Below, piece by piece: positions 57,053-64,000 of a DNA stretch of 64,000 bases. Both the position numbers and the translations under genes were made by a program. Positions within the stretch are counted from its first letter, which is position 1, and the number at the start of each line of letters is the position of its first letter. The DNA is taken from positions 1,488,001 through 1,552,000 of the forward strand of contig NC_043017.1 of the NCBI RefSeq assembly GCF_006345805.1, written 5' to 3'. This stretch comes from Octopus sinensis (lineage: Eukaryota). The notes under the pieces were generated by a model. It was not told the DNA's origin. It saw nothing but the letters and a program-made list of their open reading frames with translations, and made no database searches.

Positions 57053-57414
57053 CATACTATATATATATATATTATATACATACATATTATATATATATAT
57101 ATATATATGTCGATCTGCGTGCATACGTACGTACGTATTTGTGTTCATATATGATCATTTTGCTACATATGAATATATATTTATAGATCTATATATAAGC
57201 ACACACACACAGACACACACACTCACAGACACACACACACACAGTCACACACACTCACAGACAAATATTTATATATAGGCTTATGTTTATAAGCAGTGGC
57301 AGTGTGTGTATGTGTCTATGTTGTTCGATACGTTTACGGACGGATTAATGGAATCCGCACGCACGTGTTTGTTTAACACAGTGCGTCTATCTACAACTAA
57401 CCTTTCTACTACTA

Positions 57415-57445
<31 letters not shown>

Positions 57446-57638
57446 CGCAACTATTACTTCTACTACTCCTACTTATATACCGCTTGATGACTATCCAACA
57501 CGACATACAAAGCAGACAGTCTATATGACATCGCAGACGCACACACGCACATATACGCATACATGCGTATACACAAGCATATACTTACACACACACACAT
57601 ATGTATATATATGTATATATATATATTTATATGTATAA

Positions 57639-57778
<140 letters not shown>

Positions 57779-58023
57779 TATGTATATATTACCTCCATTT
57801 TTCTAGACACCTGAATAACTACTTTGCTCTACAAAGTCAAGCATCATGTCAGGTCGCACCTTGCGTATTTGGTGCCTCTATTTTTCCACATAAACGTGAA
57901 TGTTCTGTTAGAAGTCACTTATCTACCGCTCTAAAGTTCGTTCCAATACAATATCCACGTTTAAGTGGGAATGAATATTTTATCTCAGTACCAATAATTT
58001 TCCAGGCTCTGCCACATATCGAA

Positions 58024-58548
58024 TACGAGGTGGTATCGCAACTTTACAAGGCTAGAGAAGTTTAATAAAAAATAACTTATTAGCCTACGTGTTAACATCG
58101 TCTCTTCTGAAATAGTCACCTTGCACTGCAATAAACCAATCTTAGCGTCTTTCCCCTTTTGGAATGCAGTCTGGAAGTCGTTTTCTTTCGCAAAAACTAC
58201 TGTTATTCGCTCTTGATCTCGACTGCGATGTTAAATCGTCTACATTTGAGATGCATTTTCGTTTTGTAGAACGGATGGAAATCCGCTGGTGCTAAATCCG
58301 GCGAATAAGGACAGGTTCGGAAGCGATACCATGTTGTTTTGGGGAGAAACTTACGAGTGAGGGGAACTCGGTGATAGGGGACATTGTCGTCGTAAAGTAT
58401 CCAATTCTTCGCGCTCTACAGATACAGTTGCTTTCGCCGAATGTCCCCCTCCTCAAGCGCTTCAAAATATCGCAGTGGAACTCTCGATTGACCGTCAGGC
58501 CCTGGGGGAAGAATTCTCCATGCACAATTCCACAGACGTCGAAAAGAA
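58024..58548 (-). mobile_element. Mariner transposon right end and transposase C-terminus
   Basis: FDVCGIVHGEFFPQGLTVNREFHCDILKRLRR is followed by a decayed HHDN/YSPDLAP region. It ends in the same TA-CGAGGTGGTA terminus as 50236 and is truncated by a SINE at about 58550. Confidence 0.85.
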
Positions 58549-58549
58549 G

Positions 58550-58777
58550 GCGGCGAGCTGGCAGAAAGGTCAGCATGTCGGGCTAAATGCTTGGCGGTAT
58601 TTCGTCTGCCGTTACGTTCTGAGTTCAAATTCCGCCAAGATCGACTTTGCCTTTTATCCTTTCGGGGTCGATAAATTAAGTACCAGTTGGGCACTGGGGG
58701 TCGATGTAATCGACTTAATCCCTTTGTCCTTGTTTGTCCCCTCTGTGTTTAGCCCCTTGTGGGCAATAAAGAAATAA
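58550..58777 (+). mobile_element. SINE family B, full length
   Basis: GGCGGCGAGCTGGCAGAA...GAGTTCAAATTCCGCC...TGTTTAGCCCCTTGTGGGCAATAAAGAAATA. Confidence 0.9.
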
Positions 58778-59072
58778 GACATCGAAAATATCAATGCGCA
58801 TACTCTTGATTAAGCTGCAGTTCTGTCGAGCTTTCTTCCCTCGTGCAGATGAAGGGCTTTTCCATTGTGACAACTGACCATCCAAACCACAGCCACCACC
58901 ATCACCACGACCACACTCATCATCATCGTCATCTTTATCATGAACTACGTCATCATCATCATCAACTTCATCACCACTCATATCATCACTCTTAAAATTA
59001 TTATTACTGCTAGCAACATCAGTCGTACTATTGTTGTTGGTTGTAGTGTTATTATTATCATTATTATTTTAC

Positions 59073-59108
<36 letters not shown>

Positions 59109-59131
59109 CATCATTATTATTATATTATTAT

Positions 59132-59173
<42 letters not shown>

Positions 59174-59214
59174 TGGTGATAGCTGTGGTAGTGGTGGTAC
59201 AGCTGCTGCTGCTG

Positions 59215-59247
<33 letters not shown>

Positions 59248-59654
59248 TCTGCAGCAGTAGCAGAATCTATACGCATTACGTTCGACGCAACTTTTGCGTT
59301 ATATTATTTCGACACGTGTCTACATACTTATACATATGAACCTATATATGCATATACATGAATACGTATAAATATACATATATACATTATTCATGCATAC
59401 GTATATGCATATAAAAGGGCAAGAAGTACAAAACTACAAACTAAGTGCATAAAACAAGATTAAAAAGAAAATATAATATTTAAAACAAAATTGTAGGATG
59501 AGAGAAATTATTGTCAGAGATACAGGAAATTGGATAGTTTAATAAGGAACTGATCAAACAATTAAACTGGCTTCCAGAATTACCACGGTTGCCGTTGACA
59601 ATTCCTACTCTGTATTATTTCCATGAAAAATAATTACTTCTACTCTAAATACAA

Positions 59655-60250
59655 AGCCTTGGAAAATCTTGAGGGGAGGGGAGATGGACGATTACATCGA
59701 CACCAGTGCATAGCTGGTACTTATTTCATTGACCCAGAAATTATGAAAGGAAAATTCGACCTCCGCGGAATTTGAAATTAGAACGTAGTGGCGGACGAAA
59801 TACCGCTAAGCATATCACCACCCGGCGTGGTAACGATTCTGCCTGTTCACCGCCTTATTTCCATGAAAAATAATGGTGCTTGTCCATTCTTGATATCTAA
59901 GAGTTTCTTCAGGACCATATTACATTACTTCCAGATGTGGGGACATATTTCTTCTCTTCAAAACGAAAATTCTTCAATATATTCAATATTTGAAAACGGT
60001 TTTCAAGGCGTGAAGCTGGCAGAATAGTAAGCATTCCACGCAGAATCATTAGAGACATTTCACCCCAGTTTTTTTCATTTTATTTTATTTCATCTTTTTT
60101 TTATTTACATTCTGAGTTCAAATTCCACTGAGATCGACTTTGATTTTAATCCGTTTTCCTGTCAGTGCACGAATAATGAAGTACCAGTTGAACACCGTGA
60201 TCGATGTAAGCGACTTATCCCGATCTTTGTTGGTCTTGTGCTAAAATTTG
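59655..60250. mobile_element. Two SINE family B copies in opposite orientation
   Basis: 59655-59855 (-) and about 60010-60250 (+). Confidence 0.7.
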
Positions 60251-60593
60251 TAATAATTATGATAATGTTTTGCCAGTATCAATTATCCTGATGAAAGTTG
60301 TTAATTAATAATCAATTCCTTTTATAATTTTTATGCTTTTAATTATCTATTTCTTACTGGTCTTTTCCTAGGACTGCGAAATTGTGCAGGGTGCTGGCTT
60401 CATGGAGTTTTGCCGTTTCACTCGAACAGAGATTATTTGTCAGTCGGATTCTTATTCTTATCGACACTATTCGTCGAATGGCCAATGTTACAGTTCGGCT
60501 TTATGTATAAGGGATACAACACGACGCAGTCTCGTAGTTATATATACAATAGAGTCAGGCATATTGGGAGAAACATGCAAACACATAAATGAG

Positions 60594-60624
<31 letters not shown>

Positions 60625-60800
60625 AAAGGGCTTAGTAAAATAAATTACTTTGCCGCATACTGAACTCATTAGAAATAGCAGCTAAAAAAACTTTTTTAAA
60701 ACTATTTCTAATACTTAAAGAAAACCTCTCTCATATAGTGTTTGCTCAATTCAACTCACGAAAATATGGGGGTAGAGACATTAAAAAATCAAGTGCAAAG

Positions 60801-60863
60801 GTTATTTGAGAACGTACGTTTCAAGATTAGTCAAACTCGACATTTCTATCATCAGCTCAGAAC
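60801..60863 (-). ncRNA. Atypical minimal type I hammerhead ribozyme, copy 1 of 3
   Basis: The minus strand reads GTTCTGAG-CTGATGA-T-AGA-AAT-GTC(GAGTTT)GAC-TAA-TCT-T-GAAAC-GTAC-GT-T-CTCAAATAAC. Stem I is TGAG/CTCA plus distal GTT/AAC, and stem III lies in the palindrome AACGTACGTT. The triplet is GUU and 10.1/11.1 is U.U. Confidence 0.6.
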
Positions 60864-61353
60864 TCCCTGGTTTGGATTTGAAAACACTGAAAGTGGAGCA
60901 TACCCTTTCGGTTTCTTATCGCTTCTGAAGATCTGCTCGTAACTAACAGTGCCAACAAACTCAAAAATGCAAGCGAAGAATTTCTGCTCTCCCCTTTCCA
61001 CCAGCGTGGGTTAAAATCAGTAAACACTATGCTTTTTTCGGTAAAATCCGAGGCATTATATAGAGAGAGATGAATTATAATTTCAACATTGAGGGTAAAA
61101 TTAATTAATTAATCAATTTCACCAAGTATTCAGTATGCAAAGGGACCATTTAAGGCGAATTCAAATTATTACATTATATAAAAGGGCTTAGTAAAATAAT
61201 TACTTTGCCGCATACTGAACTCATTAGAAATAGCAGCTAAAAAAACTTTTTAAACTATTTCTAATACTTAAAGAAAACCTCTCTCATATAGTGTTTGCTC
61301 AATTCAACTCACGAAAATATGGGGGTAGAGACATTAAAAAATCAAGTGCAAAG

Positions 61354-61416
61354 GTTATTTGAGAACGTACGTTTCAAGATTAGTCAAACTCGACATTTCT
61401 ATCATCAGCTCAGAAC
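61354..61416 (-). ncRNA. Atypical minimal type I hammerhead ribozyme, copy 2 of 3
   Basis: Identical to 60801-60863, in the next monomer of the tandem array. Confidence 0.6.
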
Positions 61417-61909
61417 TCCCTAGTTTGGATTTGAAAACAATGAAAGTGGGAGCATACCCTTTCGGCTTCTTATCGCTTCTGAAGATCTGCTCGTAACTAA
61501 CAGTGCCAACAAACTCAAAAATGCAAGCGAAGAATTTCTGCTCTCCCCTTTCCACCAGCGTGGTTAAAATCAGTAAACACTATGCTTTTTTCGGTAAAAT
61601 CCGAGGCATTATATAGAGAGAGATGAATTATAATTTCAACAATTGAGGGTAAAATTAATTAATTAATCAATTCACCAAGTATTCAGTATGCAAAGGGACC
61701 ATTTAAGGCGAATTCAAATTATTACATTATATAAAAGGGCTTAGTAAAATAAATTACTTTGCCGCATACTGAACTCATTAGAAATAGCAGCTAAAAAAAC
61801 TTTTTTAAAACTATTTCTAATACTTAAAGAAAACCTCTCTCATATAGTGTTTGCTCAATTCAACTCACGAAAATATGGGGGTAGAGACATTAAAAAATCA
61901 AGTGCAAAG

Positions 61910-61972
61910 GTTATTTGAGAACGTACGTTTCAAGATTAGTCAAACTCGACATTTCTATCATCAGCTCAGAAC
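61910..61972 (-). ncRNA. Atypical minimal type I hammerhead ribozyme, copy 3 of 3
   Basis: Identical to 60801-60863, in the 5'-truncated third monomer. Confidence 0.6.
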
Positions 61973-62049
61973 TCCCTGGTTTGGATTTGAAAACACTGAA
62001 AGTGGGAGCATACCCTTTCGGCTTCTTATCGCTTCTGAAGATTGTTGAA

Positions 62050-62082
<33 letters not shown>

Positions 62083-62170
62083 ATATATAAATAGGGAAAG
62101 TGAGAGTAAGAGATAGAATAGTTGATAGATATATATATATATATAATATATATATTTACTAAGCCCTAAT

Positions 62171-62221
<51 letters not shown>

Positions 62222-62618
62222 ATATATATATCAGTAGACGGATAGATAGCTACATACATTAATAAATAAGTAGAGAGGTGGATAGCAAAAAGGAGAAAGA
62301 AAGAAATATAGATAGATAGATAGTTCTCCTGATTTAGAACAGGTGTTCGTAGGAATTCCTCGCACGCAAGATAGCAGGTGCGTGCAAGTGTACTTGGTTT
62401 CTACTGTCTTCTTGGAATATGGCTAGACGTTAACTGTCACAGGAAACAGAATGTCATTACTAGGAAACAATGACGGGCGTCTAACATCTGGTCGCGTAGT
62501 AGGAATAGAGAAAAAAACACAGACATAACCATACACACGATTGCTCATAATGATGCGTATATATATATATATATATACATAAATAAACGGAGAGACATTT
62601 ATATATATATTTATATAG

Positions 62619-62650
<32 letters not shown>

Positions 62651-62689
62651 AAGAGAGAGAGAGAGAGAGAGATCTACGTGGAAATGGAT

Positions 62690-63000
62690 GCGTGGCGTTC
62701 AATCATATAATAATAAAATATGATTGAGTGATCGTGGGCGTGTCTAAGAGGGATATTATGAACAAAAATAAACTTCAGAATAGTTGCCTGAGGGGACATC
62801 ATTAAGCATTTGAGTCTCCCCAGAAAGGGCATCATTGAATACAACAACCTGACTTCTGTCTTTAAGAAAGTCAGACAGCCACTCTCCCAGTTTACCAGTA
62901 ATGCCAAGGTCTCGTAGCTTATGATATATCAAGCCATAATCTGCCTTCTCAAATGCCTTTCCAAAATGAAGGTGTATCATGCTGACGCAACGATCATATG
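62690..63000 (-). mobile_element. CR1/L2-group LINE reverse transcriptase fragment
   Basis: IHLHFGKAFEKADYGLIYHKLRDLGITGKLGEWLSDFLKDRSQVVVFN..S......DVPSG matches the DFxKAFD...GVPQG region. Confidence 0.85.
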
Positions 63001-63105
63001 TATATATATATATATATTTCTGGGATGAATATTTCGTGACATTAAATTAAGACAATGCTCCAGCATGGCTGCACTACTACAGCTGGAACCATTAAAGGAA
63101 TAAAA

Positions 63106-63183
<78 letters not shown>

Positions 63184-63200
63184 AATATATATATATGTGT

Positions 63201-63239
<39 letters not shown>

Positions 63240-64000
63240 TCCCACACCCGTATGCATTCCAAACGATCCTATTCTGTGTTCTCTGTTGTTACTTCTTTGA
63301 CGCGCTTTCCTACCTTGCCTCTCTATACTTATATTTATTGGAAGATCGTGTTGTATTTATCGTGGAGCTCTTTCATGATGGTTCCTCTTAATGTACCGAT
63401 AAAGGGCAATAAATATTATGTCTATAGCTCAAAAGCTATTCCTCTGTGATTTCCCGAAATGTTAAAGCAGAATCGTAGAACTTGAAATAACCCTTGTCTA
63501 ATCGGCACTTTGTTGTGCTTTATGGACTTAGATTCAATAAGTGCTATACTTCTGACTCGCGCAAAATAAAAATCGTCTCATATATATATATATATATTAT
63601 ATATATATACATATATATACGTATATATATGCATATATATATGTGTGTGTACATATATACATATATATATATACATACATACATGCATTTATACATATAC
63701 ATATATATTCATACATATATATATATATACGTATATATCTAGATATATGCATACATACACACACACACACACAAATATATATATATGTAGAAATTTATAT
63801 ATATATATACATATATGCATCGATATGAATATATGATTTCACGTGTATGCAGATATTGAGTTATATGTATTTGTACGCGTGTATCTATCTATCTATATAT
63901 GTGTGTGTGTGTGTGTGCGTGAGAGTATAAGTGCATGTGTATAAAGAGAGAGAGAGATAGATAGAAAGAGAGGGAGGGATAGAAAGGGAGAGAGAAAGGT

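Larger units (their letters stand above)
60621..62040 (-). mobile_element. Head-to-tail array (about 2.56 copies of an approximately 555-bp unit), retrozyme-like, in (TA)n
   Basis: TATAAAAGGGCTTAG recurs at 60621, 61177 and 61730 (spacings 556 and 553 bp). The copies are near-identical, the third stops at 62040, both sides are TA microsatellite, and each unit carries one hammerhead motif. Confidence 0.85.

Noticed and set aside
60621-62040. CRISPR array or protein-coding repeat
   Set aside because: The whole unit repeats with no unique spacers, the context is eukaryotic, and the 65-66-aa ORFs are not conserved between copies and have no recognisable motif.

Overview
This is eukaryotic, AT-rich, extremely microsatellite-dense DNA. 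The SINE families and repeat landscape point to a coleoid cephalopod, probably Octopus (inference, not a database result). I cannot support any host protein-coding exon, rRNA, true tRNA or CRISPR array, and most ORF-track entries are translated microsatellites. The window is a graveyard of transposable elements: three tRNA-derived SINE families (many copies), decayed RTE, R4/Dong-like (restriction-like endonuclease) and CR1/L2 LINE fragments, mariner and maT/DD37D transposon fragments, one Helitron with intact ends, and two MITE-like foldbacks. The main discovery is three distinct non-coding elements of about 0.3-0.56 kb within 22 kb (at about 40.8-41.1, 44.3-45.0 and 60.6-62.0 kb). Each sits in a (TA)n microsatellite and carries a type I hammerhead ribozyme fold with a short palindromic stem III. 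All three have a GCCCT motif followed by a T/A-rich run downstream of the ribozyme; in two this is clearly the 3' terminus. Two show head-to-tail monomer junctions through TATATA: one as a 2.56-copy array, the other as a monomer with an inverted junction-spanning fragment. This looks like a retrozyme or Penelope-like circular-RNA retroposon system that targets TA repeats. Two of the three ribozymes have an atypical mismatch at positions 10.1/11.1. A near-perfect 89-bp hairpin at the start of a dead maT transposase is a second notable structure.
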